DNA of 64,000 nt from an uncultured archaeon (GTDB taxonomy: Archaea > Thermoproteota > Bathyarchaeia > Bathyarchaeales > Bathycorpusculaceae), in assembly GCA_963782915.1 (NCBI GenBank), contig CAWALK010000022.1, forward strand, positions 224,001 to 288,000. The letters run 5' to 3'. Below, piece after piece: positions 44,071 to 55,523 of the stretch (the first letter of the stretch is position 1; every line of letters starts with the position of its first letter). The notes below the pieces were generated by a model. The model was not told the DNA's origin, did not search any database, and saw only the letters and a list, made by a program, of their open reading frames with translations. The position numbers and the translations under genes are program-made.

Positions 44071-44414
44071 GGGCCATCATTAGAGGTTGGCTTCCAAAGG
44101 ATCAATCTTTCCAAAACATAGCCTGTGAAACCAAGAAGCCAACAAAGATTAACCAAAGCCCAAAAAATAACGAAAACGAAGACAGACCCATGACGAAGGG
44201 ACAGATAAGAGCATTAACAGTACTGGGCATAGCGAACATAATTATGCTTATCAGTTACTCAAGCTATCTTGTCATCTACCTGATTACGCCCAGCCTTTGG
44301 AGCTCTACGCTCGGTTTCAGCTTGTGGGTTTTTATTGTGTTCTCACTGCTTTTCGTTAACTTTTTGCTGTACATGAACTACAAGAGGCAGACAAGAATGG
44401 CGGAGGGTGTGTAA
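44049..44414 (+). CDS. Membrane protein 5 of the array, N-terminal IIRGWLPKDQ
   Basis: Motif plus two TMs. Confidence 0.78.
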   Translation: MEKKLFLRAIIRGWLPKDQSFQNIACETKKPTKINQSPKNNENEDRPMTKGQIRALTVLGIANIIMLISYSSYLVIYLITPSLWSSTLGFSLWVFIVFSLLFVNFLLYMNYKRQTRMAEGV

Positions 44415-44416
44415 GA

Positions 44417-44719
44417 TTGGATTTGGATCGCTTGCAGAATCGTCTCAGAGGCTGGCTTCCCAAAGAGCCAACGCTCCAAGTCCATCAAACACGGATAGAC
44501 CAAGAGAATTCGCTTATGGTTCGATGGATGGCAAGAGCCATTGTTGTGGGGGCCGTTGCAAGCGGATTGCTGGGAGTTTTCGGGGCAGAGGCAGGTTTAG
44601 ACCGCGGAGTCGGCGGATATGCTTGGTCCACGTTAGTGATAGTAATTGCTCCAGTTGCAGTGGCGGTTGCCGCTGTTTTTGGCAAACGAAAAATGAAGCA
44701 GCAAAAGCGGACTTGGTAA
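44417..44719 (+). CDS. Membrane protein 6 of the array, N-terminal RLRGWLPKEP
   Basis: Motif plus two TMs; TTG start after GGAGGG. Confidence 0.78.
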   Translation: MDLDRLQNRLRGWLPKEPTLQVHQTRIDQENSLMVRWMARAIVVGAVASGLLGVFGAEAGLDRGVGGYAWSTLVIVIAPVAVAVAAVFGKRKMKQQKRTW

Positions 44720-44728
44720 TGTCTGAAG

Positions 44729-46942
44729 TTATTGCTTAATTGTTATTTCGAATTTTGCGCCCTTATTGGGTAAGCCGTTTTCTTGTATTGACCAACCGTA
44801 AACTTCAACCATTTTTTTGATAAGACGCAAACCTAAACCTGAACCGTTGCCTGTAGTGAAGCCTTCTGTGAAAAGCTTCGGCTTATTAACCTCCGATATG
44901 CCAACGCCGTTGTCCTCATAGAACAGTTTTACGCCGCCGTCTTCAAGTTTGGCGAAATGCACTTTTATCTGGGTTACTTTTACGCCATGCTTCAACGAAT
45001 TATCTAAGAGGTTATAGAAGAGTTGTCTTAGCAGCGAATCAGCCATCACCGATAAGCCCCCGAATTCATTAACGATTTCTACTCCAACCAGATTTGGCAT
45101 CAGAGAAACTGCCTCGTTGAAGCATTCCTCAACATTAACTTGCGTTAACTGTTCAGCACCGATTTTCTCGTATAATCGGCTAAATTCAAGCAGCTTATCC
45201 GATGAATTAACGGCTGCGTTGATTGAATCAAGATACTTCGCCAATTCGGAGTCGTTGGCAACGCGTTTTTTTAGCAAGTAAACATTAGCGCTTATGATTG
45301 AGAGCTTATTTTTTACGTCATGGCGGGTTAAGCCACCGACGACGCGGAGTTTTTCATTCATTGTTCGTATTTTTCGGCTGCTTTCTTTGAGTTCCTCTTG
45401 AGCTCTCTTGTGTTGGCTTGTATCGCGTATTATCATGCTTACACTTGAGTTACCGTTGGGTTCCGTGAAGCGGGTGGATGTTAGGTCTCCTTCGAATTCG
45501 GATCCGTCTTTGCGCCTAAAGGTTAACTCGGCTTTGGCTTGACCTGTTGTCTCACGTTCCCTAATAGCAGATTTGGCTCGGTCGTCAAGAACCATTATGC
45601 CATCGCGGCCAACTTGGGTAAGTTCTTGTTCATTCCAGCCGAACATGCGACAAGCCGTGGGGTTAGCAGAAACAATTTGGCCAGATGGCTTCATGAGCAC
45701 AACAGCGTCGTAGCTGTTGTCGTAGAGGGCTCGGAAATGCTCTTCACTGCGCCTAAGTGCTTCTTCAGCCCTCTTACGCTTCGTTATGTCACGTTCCATA
45801 GAGAGGAACCAAATGTCCGAGCCAATCTTCACAGCCTTTACAGAAGCCTCAACATCAATGGTTGAACCGTCTTTTCGCCGTTGTGTTGTTTCAAAGGAAT
45901 ACTTGTTTTTTAGTTTAAGATTTTGAACTAGGCGTTCAGTTTTTGGCATGTCTGCTGAATCATCGATAAAAGAGATTGGTTTACCGATTAACTCATCTTT
46001 TGTGTAACCGAGAGCACGGAGGGCTGCAGAGTTGGCGTCGTGAATGATTGGAAGCTTACCGAAGGGAATCTCCATCAGCAGTATGTAGTCGGCGGCTTGC
46101 TCAAACAGTGCCCGGTATCGTTCTTCGCTAATCCGCAAAGCTTCCTGAATGAGTTTACGCTCGCTTATGTCTCGTTCAATAGCAATTGCCCAGATTTCCG
46201 ACCCAAAATTTATGGCTTTAATGTGCACTTCAACGTTAAACAATGAGCCATCCTTTCGTTTATGAAAGGTTTCGAAGTGGACTGATTTGCCCTGTTTAAC
46301 GTCACAAGCGATTTGGTTTATTTTTTGCTCATCAAAATAGCCGTCGACATATGTTATTGGTTTCCCGAATAGTTCATCCATTGAGTAGCCATGAACATTC
46401 AAGGCTGCTGTGTTTGCATCCCGTATTATAGGCGGACCATCAGTGGGATACTCTAACACTAAAATATAATCTGCAGCCTGATCCATCAACGCCCGATAAT
46501 GCTTCTCACGCTCTTCTAAGGCATGTTTGGTTCTACGTTCATCTGTAACCATTTTTATGCCATGAACAAGTTCGCCGAAAACAGTTTCGGTCGAGCCATG
46601 CTTGTTATAGTATCCGTCGGCTCCTAGATTTAGAGCGGTTATCGCGACCTCTTCTCGGCCCTTGCCAGTGAATAACATAAAGGCAACATCGTTTTTTTGG
46701 CTACGCAACTCTTTGAGAAATTGCAAGCCATCCTTCTGGGGCAATTCGTAATCACATACGATTACATCGTAGGGTTTTGTTTTGATTTTCTCTGAGGCTT
46801 CTTCGGCGTTCAATGCGCAATCGACTTCAAAGTCGCCGCTGATTTTTATTATCTGTTTTGAGATCAGCAAAAAGTCAGAGTCATCGTCAACAAACAAAAT
46901 ACGAATCGGGGTTGGCGAAGAAAAGGTCTTGGTATTATTCAT
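44729..46942 (-). CDS. Cytoplasmic hybrid sensor kinase REC-PAS-PAS-PAS-HisK-HATPase
   Basis: ILFVDDD..CDYELP..FTGKG REC; three PAS/PAC (RKDGS, RDIS/T); RHDVKNKL H-box; NLLDNS, DNGVG, GSGLGL. Confidence 0.93.
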   Translation of the reverse strand: MNNTKTFSSPTPIRILFVDDDSDFLLISKQIIKISGDFEVDCALNAEEASEKIKTKPYDVIVCDYELPQKDGLQFLKELRSQKNDVAFMLFTGKGREEVAITALNLGADGYYNKHGSTETVFGELVHGIKMVTDERRTKHALEEREKHYRALMDQAADYILVLEYPTDGPPIIRDANTAALNVHGYSMDELFGKPITYVDGYFDEQKINQIACDVKQGKSVHFETFHKRKDGSLFNVEVHIKAINFGSEIWAIAIERDISERKLIQEALRISEERYRALFEQAADYILLMEIPFGKLPIIHDANSAALRALGYTKDELIGKPISFIDDSADMPKTERLVQNLKLKNKYSFETTQRRKDGSTIDVEASVKAVKIGSDIWFLSMERDITKRKRAEEALRRSEEHFRALYDNSYDAVVLMKPSGQIVSANPTACRMFGWNEQELTQVGRDGIMVLDDRAKSAIRERETTGQAKAELTFRRKDGSEFEGDLTSTRFTEPNGNSSVSMIIRDTSQHKRAQEELKESSRKIRTMNEKLRVVGGLTRHDVKNKLSIISANVYLLKKRVANDSELAKYLDSINAAVNSSDKLLEFSRLYEKIGAEQLTQVNVEECFNEAVSLMPNLVGVEIVNEFGGLSVMADSLLRQLFYNLLDNSLKHGVKVTQIKVHFAKLEDGGVKLFYEDNGVGISEVNKPKLFTEGFTTGNGSGLGLRLIKKMVEVYGWSIQENGLPNKGAKFEITIKQ

Positions 46943-46954
46943 CGGTTATTACTA

Positions 46955-47269
46955 TTACCTACCTTGTAATGGGACCAAGTTGACCCCATGATTGATTTCT
47001 TCTGCTGAAACCCGTGCACCCTCAGAGAGGTACCTAAAGACACGAATTCCTCGGGAGGTATTTTTGTATACTATGCCATTGCTGACACTTCTTGGTTGTA
47101 CCAGACGTTGCTGTTCTAAGAATTTCATTGCAGCTGACAGAATTGGTCTATCGATTTTTGTTATGCCCTGAATCGCTTTGATATTGAGCGATTGTGCTTC
47201 CCCTAGAGTCTTGAGTACTTCGACATAAAGCTCTAATCTGGATTGTTTTTGGTTGCTCAAGTCTTTCAC
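46955..47269 (-). CDS. Small winged-helix protein
   Basis: SRLELYVEVL..FLEQQRLV..YKNTSRG pattern typical of archaeal wHTH proteins. Confidence 0.75.
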   Translation of the reverse strand: MKDLSNQKQSRLELYVEVLKTLGEAQSLNIKAIQGITKIDRPILSAAMKFLEQQRLVQPRSVSNGIVYKNTSRGIRVFRYLSEGARVSAEEINHGVNLVPLQGR

Positions 47270-47565
47270 AGACTCTCGTATGGCTGTTGTACAATTAAAT
47301 GATTATGTGTGTGTGCCTCTCCACTTACAGGCAAGCGATGAATCAAAAGCTAAGCGGCCCCCAAAATTAGGTTGCAACAGCAAGCAATCACTCATATGTT
47401 TACCATACCAAAAAGTTCCCCCGCTTTTAGAGGTTTCTTACCAAAAAGCTAGCCGTTAGAGAGTAGCCTCAACGTTTTTTTGCCATAAAAATTGGCATAA
47501 TATAGAACGACACAACAGAATTGGGACTAAACATTTCACCGATCAATCCGTCTGGCTTCGTTCAT

Positions 47566-48864
47566 CTACAGCTTTAGTGCTTCGCCCTCTTGCCAAAGAC
47601 TCTCAAAAGCCCTACGCAATATACCCACATGCATCTGATCATTAGTCCACAGGAAACGAGCATTCATTTTTCCAGATTTAGTTTCGCCCCAAAGCGCTTC
47701 TTTTCGGTCAACCACAAGCAGCTTGAACGGAGTCTTATCCACACACTTTAGATCAACGCTGCAGTTGGCTTTGGATGATAATAAGCGAAGGCGTCTTAGA
47801 AAATCAGTGTAATCCGTTGAATCCACATCCGCTAAATCGCCTTTGTTTATGATGGTGCGAATTTCCATTTGCCCCTCAGTCGGGTCTTCCTTTGATTTTG
47901 CAATAAGGATTTTTTCTAACTCATCCGTGGAAGCAGTGAACATCAGGGAGTTGCGTGTTTTCTTAATCATCTGGGCAATGCGTTTTTCAACATTATCCTG
48001 ACGAGCTAATGCTTCTATGGTGTTCTCTTCATAGACGCCAAAAGAAGTATTCGATAATCGAGAGATAAGATCATCTTTTTTCAGCTTGAGTGCGTCTATC
48101 TCTCGTTTCATTATGTCTGTTTTCACTTTTTCCAGGAGTTCAACAGAAGTTAATGGATCGGTTGCCATGAATCTTCGAGGCGCATCCAGTTTGCTGGTAA
48201 CGATTCCAGTTTCTTCTAATTCGGGTAGGATGCGGTAGACTTCTTCTCGTCGAATTTTAGATAGTGAAGCAATCTCTGAAGCAGTTGCTGCTCCCAAGAC
48301 GTTTAGTGCTATGTAGATTCGGGCTTTGGTTTTGTTGAGGCCGAAACTGGCGAATATTGTTGCGATTTCATCGGCGAATTTGTTGTATTCGTTTAATTGG
48401 ACTTTGCTGATTCTTAGTTTGACCCATTGGTCGAGGTTTTTTTCTGTGCGTGTTTTTTTGTCGCGTTCTTGAAGTCGGTCTTTAATGTTTTTGAGCAGTA
48501 TGGTGAAGTCGACTGGTTTTGTGAAGAATGCGTTGGCGCCTGTGTTGAGTGCTTTTATGGCGTTTTCTGTGGAGGCTTGACCTGACACCATGATTTTTAC
48601 GGATGTTGGGTCGCTTTTTTGTAGTTCAGCGAGCAATTCGGTGCCTTCCATGTCGGGTAGGCGTATGTCGATGAGGAATACATCGAAGTAGGCTGTTTTT
48701 GCTTTTGCTAGGGCTTCTTGGGCGGTGGCGGCTGTGTCAGTTATGTATCCTTCAAGTTGCAAGATTTTTGAGAAAACCCGCAGTATATCGGTGTCATCGT
48801 CTATTATGAGTATTCGGTATGATCGTTGGGTCATAGATACTAATCCTTGAAGCCTTGCAGCCAT
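47566..48864 (-). CDS. Response regulator: REC fused to a TrmB-type HTH and effector domain
   Basis: ILIIDDD..IDIRLPD..VSG..TKP; FGLNKTKARIYIAL..SEIA..RREEVYRIL; LLVVDRKEALW..WTND. Confidence 0.88.
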   Translation of the reverse strand: MAARLQGLVSMTQRSYRILIIDDDTDILRVFSKILQLEGYITDTAATAQEALAKAKTAYFDVFLIDIRLPDMEGTELLAELQKSDPTSVKIMVSGQASTENAIKALNTGANAFFTKPVDFTILLKNIKDRLQERDKKTRTEKNLDQWVKLRISKVQLNEYNKFADEIATIFASFGLNKTKARIYIALNVLGAATASEIASLSKIRREEVYRILPELEETGIVTSKLDAPRRFMATDPLTSVELLEKVKTDIMKREIDALKLKKDDLISRLSNTSFGVYEENTIEALARQDNVEKRIAQMIKKTRNSLMFTASTDELEKILIAKSKEDPTEGQMEIRTIINKGDLADVDSTDYTDFLRRLRLLSSKANCSVDLKCVDKTPFKLLVVDRKEALWGETKSGKMNARFLWTNDQMHVGILRRAFESLWQEGEALKL

Positions 48865-49062
48865 GCCATGGGTTACAGACAGGAGAGCAGTAGCACGTCT
48901 TTCGCCTTAAGATACATATAATACTTGTTGTCAAAAATTAACCATAGAAGCAGGAAAATCAACGTAAAAACAGGCATGATTGAGCTAAATGACTAGTTTT
49001 TGGTGCTGAGGTTTGGATTTGGAGTCTTATGAACAGGTGGGGCTCTTTTGTTGTTCTTGTTT

Positions 49063-49195
49063 GTTTTTTCTATAGCAGATAATGGCGGGAGCGCCTATAC
49101 TCTTCTTCCTGTGACCTTGGCGTGGCGGCTGCTTTTCAGTTTCTGCGTTTTGTGACGATTGCACGCTGGTTGTGCAGACTTCCTCAACCAGAACG
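49063..49195. repeat. Approximately 135-bp degenerate direct repeat, copy B
   Basis: Aligns collinearly with 40449-40585. Confidence 0.7.
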
Positions 49196-49202
49196 GCTAC
49201 TT

Positions 49203-49565
49203 CTATTGATTATCCTCGATTTCCATAGCTTCCCGAATTAACTCGACCTCACGCACAGTCAAAGGCTTGTTGGTAGCCCTCAAGACCAAACGTTCCTGCC
49301 AGCCGCAGTCGGGACACTCATAACTCGGTGGCAGCATTCCCAAATGGCCCCACATGTCTCCGCCCGTACTTTTTGCCCGCCTCACTTTTGGGCTTTTGCA
49401 TTTGGGGCAAACCTGAATGTCTAAGCGAACGCCCTGCTTCTCAAGTTCTTCCAGTGCCTGCGTTACTTCAACGGCGTTTTGAACCGCAGTTTCTTCCTGC
49501 ACCTGCTCCAAAGCCGTAAGCTGCTGTTTTTTTCGTTTTTTCTTCTGAACCTGCGTTTCAGCCAT
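49203..49565 (-). CDS. Zinc-ribbon hypothetical protein
   Basis: CPKCKS...YECPDCGW. Confidence 0.72.
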   Translation of the reverse strand: MAETQVQKKKRKKQQLTALEQVQEETAVQNAVEVTQALEELEKQGVRLDIQVCPKCKSPKVRRAKSTGGDMWGHLGMLPPSYECPDCGWQERLVLRATNKPLTVREVELIREAMEIEDNQ

Positions 49566-49699
49566 ATCATATTCGCCTTTATTAGGCATGAATAGGCTGT
49601 AAGCTAAAGAAAGGGTTTCTGGTACAAGACTTTACTTTTAGTACAGTGGTTTACAGAATATGATAAATAGCGGGACAGGGAACGTTTGCATGATACAGT

Positions 49700-50347
49700 T
49701 TGAACCAGAAAGTCGCTTTAGCCGTTGTTCTCACTGCGCTGACGCTCAGCGTATGTTTTATTGCGGCAGCCTCGGCGTCCGATAGGCCGTACTTTTTCAG
49801 CGACATCCAACATATCGGCAGCTTGCAAGAACTGTCAGCATCAATCCCTATCGTCGTCGGCACAACCCTGCATAGCAATCCCCTTGACCAACCGACAAGA
49901 CATGAAATATACAGCTACATCAAAGATAATCCAGGCGTACATTTCAGAGGTATATGTGATGGGCTGGGCTTATCGGTGGGTGTAGTACAGTACCACCTTA
50001 ACGTGCTTGAGCATGCAGGCCTAATCAACACAGTTACGGATGGGCAAAACAAGAGATATTTGGAGCACAGCGCCTTCACAAAAACCGATGTCCAGCTAAC
50101 TGTGCTGATGAGGCATAACACCACCGCCAAAATTCTGGTAATTTTAGCTCAAAACGGGTCAGCCCTGCATAGAGACATAGCATGCTGTTTGGGTATTTCG
50201 TCTCAGGCATTAACTTGGCAGATGAATCAACTCAAAAACGAAGGAATAGTCAGCGCTGAAAAAGCCGGCGTAAACGTTAGGTACAGCTTGATTGATGCAG
50301 AAGTAGGTAAACTAATCGTTGACTTAAACCATCAATTCAAAAATTGA
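49700..50347 (+). CDS. Double winged-HTH transcription regulator with an N-terminal hydrophobic/signal segment
   Basis: RHEIYSYIKDNPGVHFRGIC..GVVQYHL..LE; second HTH ISSQALTWQMNQL. Confidence 0.82.
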   Translation: MNQKVALAVVLTALTLSVCFIAAASASDRPYFFSDIQHIGSLQELSASIPIVVGTTLHSNPLDQPTRHEIYSYIKDNPGVHFRGICDGLGLSVGVVQYHLNVLEHAGLINTVTDGQNKRYLEHSAFTKTDVQLTVLMRHNTTAKILVILAQNGSALHRDIACCLGISSQALTWQMNQLKNEGIVSAEKAGVNVRYSLIDAEVGKLIVDLNHQFKN

Positions 50348-50351
50348 TTTT

Positions 50352-50394
50352 TGCTACCGCGGTAAGATTTGAACCCACATACCCATGCGGGATA
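50352..50394 (-). repeat. Degenerate copy of the tRNA-Leu 3' half (att-like remnant)
   Basis: GATTTGAACCCACATACCCATGCGGGATA vs tRNA GATTTGAACCCACGAACCCCTGCGGGATA (26/29). Confidence 0.75.
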
Positions 50395-50491
50395 AGCTCA
50401 CCACTTATTTTATAGACCATTGAGGTCCGCTTAGTCGTTATTATCCATTTAGTTGCAGTAAAGAGAAAGCTTAAGAATTTCCTAAACCATA

Positions 50492-50704
50492 ATGCAAGAT
50501 ATGCTTAGTTATAGGGTAATAATAGAGAAAGACGAAGACGGCGTCTTTGTCGGCAGGGTTCCAGATTTACCTGGTTGTGCTACCGAGGGAAAAACACGAG
50601 AGGAGCTTATGAAAAATGTTAAGGAAGCAATCCAGGCATATCTTGAAGCTCTAAAGCAGCATGGCGATCCAGTGCCGATTGAAACGGTGCAAGTCAGTGT
50701 CTAA
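50492..50704 (+). CDS. hicB: HicB family antitoxin
   Basis: VIIEKDEDGVFVGRVPDLPGCATEGKTREEL..VKEAI. Confidence 0.92.
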   Translation: MQDMLSYRVIIEKDEDGVFVGRVPDLPGCATEGKTREELMKNVKEAIQAYLEALKQHGDPVPIETVQVSV

Positions 50705-50953
50705 ATTAGCATCTGTCGATTATGATAAGGCAATTAAGGTTCTTCTAAAGATTGGTTATGCTGTTACCCATCAGAAAGGCAGTCATGTAGTTATGCGGCT
50801 CGTGGATAGTCAGAAGTATATTTCTTTGTTTGGCTGTAGAAAAAACGAGACTATGGTGGTTATTCCAGCACATAAGCCACTTGGAAAGGTATGCTTCGCA
50901 CTATTATCAAAGAAATTGATCTTTCAGTTGAGGAATTCAACAAGCTTCTTTGA
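50697..50953 (+). CDS. hicA: HicA family toxin (frameshift near 50888)
   Basis: GY..THQKGSHVVM..VVIPAH..GMLRTIIKE.DLSVEEF. Confidence 0.88.
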
Positions 50954-51005
50954 GCACTCCGACTGATTATTCACTTGATGTTAATTTTTTTAAAAAGTAG
51001 TGTAA

Positions 51006-51093
51006 TGGTGCGGAGGGTGGGATTTGAACCCACGAACCCCTGCGGGATAGGAGCCTCAGTCCTACGCCTTTGGCCATGCTGGGCGACCTCCGC
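51006..51093 (-). tRNA. tRNA-Leu(GAG), encoded CCA
   Basis: GCGGAGG acceptor stem; anticodon arm TAGGA-CTGAGGC-TCCTA; long variable arm; GGTTCAAATCCC T-loop; ACCA end. Confidence 0.96.
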
Positions 51094-51192
51094 TCAAATA
51101 CAACCACTTTGAGGCTTAGCGGAGATATAGAAACATTTAGCCCATTTAAAGGCTTTACCGTTGAAAAATGCGCTGTTGAGGCAGAGCTAACA

Positions 51193-51787
51193 TCAAGTCC
51201 TCGTTTTTGACAGCAAAAAGTACCCGAATTCAGCAAGCAAGTTGGGCAGGAGCTTAACTTGGCGATTGTCGGTTTTATAGAAAGTCCGTTCGATGGTTAT
51301 GCCCTTGTTTTTGCAGTAGTCACGGAAGTCGTTTAGGCTTAGGAAGTGCAGGTTTGGTGTATCATACCATTGATAATGGCAGTGAGGGCGTAACGGGAAC
51401 TCGTCCTTTGAAGAATATGCTTGCCCGCGCTTTGTAGTGTGCAAAGTTGGGGATGCCAACGATTACTTTTTTGCCCACGCGCAATGCTTCTTGTAGGGCG
51501 AAGTCTGGTTTTTTGACTTGCTGAAGCGTTTGGTTGAGGATTACGTAGTCGAATGAGTTGTCTGCGTACTCGGAGAGGCCAGTGTCGATGTCTTGTTGGT
51601 AGACGTTTAAGCCTTCGGCGACACAACGGATTATAGCATGCTCGTTTAATTCTATGCCTTGCGCATGTACTTGCTTGGTTTTGGTTAGGTATGCTAAGAG
51701 TTCGCCGTCGCCGCAGCCGAGGTCCAACACTGATACGCCTGGGGGAATCCAGTCTGCTAAGGTTTTGTAATCAACTTTGTTTGCCAT
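51193..51787 (-). CDS. metW: Methionine biosynthesis protein MetW (frameshift near 51375)
   Basis: VLDLGCGDGELL, VILNQTLQ, PNFAH, YQWYDTPNLH. Confidence 0.93.
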
Positions 51788-51789
51788 TG

Positions 51790-52884
51790 TTATGTGCTTC
51801 CGTTGCTGTTGTTGACGCCTTTGAGAAAGCTGCTGATGAGCCGCCCCTCCTGTTCTGTTTCCACTAGGAAAGAGTCATGTCCATAGGTGGCATTGATTTC
51901 GCAGTAGCTTGCATCGACGCCCTGAGAGTTTGCAGGCTTTTACGATTTCCTGGGATTGGTAGGTGGGGTAGAGCCAATCTGACTTGAAGGCGATGACTAG
52001 CACTTTTGCGTGTAAGCCCCTGAAGATGTCTGCCGAGGCTGTGCCCGTTTAAGATGTTGAAGTAGTCTATGGCTTTGGTTATGTAGAGGTAGCTGTTTGC
52101 GTCAAATCGTCTGACAAAGCTGTCGCCTCTATTGTGGAGGTATCCTTCGACTTCGAAGTCAGCGCCAAACTTGAATGGTGCCTTGTCAGAGCGGAATTTT
52201 CGCCCGAACTTTTCAGCCATCGAAGCGTCACTCATGTATGTTATGTGTCCTATCATCCGTGCTATGGCTAAGCCTTTGGCGGGGATGCTTTTGCCATAGT
52301 AGTTGCCGCCCTGCCAGTCGGTGTCTGCCATGATTGCTTGGCGTGCCGACTTCGTTGAAAGCGATTTGCTGTGGATTATGCTGCAGAGCGGTAGCGATGG
52401 GAACTGCTGAGCGGATTCGTTTTGGATATTGAGTCATCCATTGCAGAACTTGCATGCCGCCCATGGAGCCGCCGATGACGGATAGAAGCTGCTGGATGCC
52501 TAAGTGGTCGATTAGGTGGCGTTGGGCTTTGACCATGTCGCCGATTGTGATTAAGGGGAAATCGGTTCCGTATGGTTTGCCCGTTTTTGGGTTGGTTGAT
52601 GATGGTCCTGTGGAGCCGCGGCAGCCGCCGACGACGTTGCTGCATATGACGTAGTACTTGTCGGTGTCGATGCCTTTGCCGCTGCCGATTAGGTTGCTCC
52701 ACCAGCCGCCTTCGCCAGCGACATGTGCGTCGCCGCTAAATGCGTGCAGAATTAGGATTGCGTTGGATTTGTCGCTGTTTAGTTTGCCGTAGGTTTCATA
52801 GGCAAGCGTAACTGGGCCGAGTTTTTCGCCTGACTCGAGCGTTAACTCGTCGAAGGTGAACTGTTGGGTTTGTTGGGTTGTTAT
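51790..52884 (-). CDS. metX: Homoserine O-acetyltransferase (several frameshifts; start codon uncertain)
   Basis: [37 protein letters not shown]. Confidence 0.92.
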
Positions 52885-52920
52885 TAGCGTTGTTTCCTCC
52901 TACAAAAAGAAAAAAGTTTG

Positions 52921-54360
<1,440 letters not shown>

Positions 54361-54400
54361 TCAGAAGAAAGAAAGTTAGAATAGCGACTTGGAACTCAAG

Positions 54401-55450
54401 TTAGTGCGTATGGTTTTCCATTTTATAGATTTGCTCAGGCTTTGAAATAGTAATTTTTGTGCCTGGAGCAACAGGTCCAGTAACCCAAACGTTCCCACCG
54501 ATAACAGAGTTGTCGCCAACTACAGTTTCTGCACCCAGCAAAGTAGCGCCTGAATAGATAACGACGTTGTTGCCGACGGTTGGGTGGCGTTTGCGCCCTT
54601 TTATGATGTTGCCTTTCTCGTCCTTGGGAAAACTCAACGCGCCCAATGTGACGCCTTGGTAGAGTTTGACGTTGTCGCCGATTTCGGCTGTTTCGCCGAT
54701 GACGACGCCTGTGCCGTGGTCGATGAAGAAGTTTTTGCCGATTTTTGCGCCCGGATGAATATCTATGCCTGTCAATGAATGCATGTGTTCACTCATGATG
54801 CGTGGAATCAACGGCACGCCGCTTAAGTAGAGTTCGTGGGCTATGCGGTAAGTGGTAATCGCTAGGACACAGGGGTAACTAAGAATAACTTCGTCATTAC
54901 TGACGGCCGCTGGGTCGCCGCTGTATGCAGCTTGGATGTCTCCGCTGAGTTTTGAGCGGATTTCAGGCAGTTTATCAAGGAGGTCACGTGACACAACGTG
55001 CGCCCGTTTTTGGCAGAGGTCCTGTGGGCATTCGCTGATTTTTCTGCAAATATATTTCAGGCTCTTTTCAGTTTCATCTGTGAGCCGAGTGTAAACTGAG
55101 GTAATTTTGAGTCCTAAATGATACTTGATGTTGGCTTTGGTGACTTCTGAATCACCTAAGTAGCCGGGGAAAAGAATACTGAACAGGTCTTCGAGGACTT
55201 CGATGACGACTTTTTTGGATGGGAGGTCGCGTCCTTCAAGATGGTCCATGCCGCCGAATTTTTCGTAGCTAACCATTATGTCGTCTACGAGTGCTGGGAC
55301 ACCTTTTAGCACCCAGTCTTGCTCTACAGTTTGGTTGTTACGCATAAGTGTGTCTAGCATGCGGTCTGGGTTCCAGCAGTCAATGTCCTTGTTTTTTTCT
55401 AGGCATTCTTTGCAGTCTTTTGGTCGAGGCTGAGTGGGGTTTATCGTCAT
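54401..55450 (-). CDS. cysE: Serine O-acetyltransferase (EpsC-type CysE)
   Basis: [40 protein letters not shown]. Confidence 0.94.
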   Translation of the reverse strand: MTINPTQPRPKDCKECLEKNKDIDCWNPDRMLDTLMRNNQTVEQDWVLKGVPALVDDIMVSYEKFGGMDHLEGRDLPSKKVVIEVLEDLFSILFPGYLGDSEVTKANIKYHLGLKITSVYTRLTDETEKSLKYICRKISECPQDLCQKRAHVVSRDLLDKLPEIRSKLSGDIQAAYSGDPAAVSNDEVILSYPCVLAITTYRIAHELYLSGVPLIPRIMSEHMHSLTGIDIHPGAKIGKNFFIDHGTGVVIGETAEIGDNVKLYQGVTLGALSFPKDEKGNIIKGRKRHPTVGNNVVIYSGATLLGAETVVGDNSVIGGNVWVTGPVAPGTKITISKPEQIYKMENHTH

Positions 55451-55523
55451 GTCTTTTCCCTTTCCCTCTGTATTGTCGAGGGGGAAATATAAGAGAAGCG
55501 TCTTTCAAAAGGAAAAAAGGGTT

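Noticed and set aside
41422-44719. CRISPR array or integron-like attC cassette repeats behind the membrane-gene array
   Set aside because: Similarity is confined to coding sequence at the peptide level; the genes abut or overlap with no intergenic repeats, and no cas or integrase genes are present.
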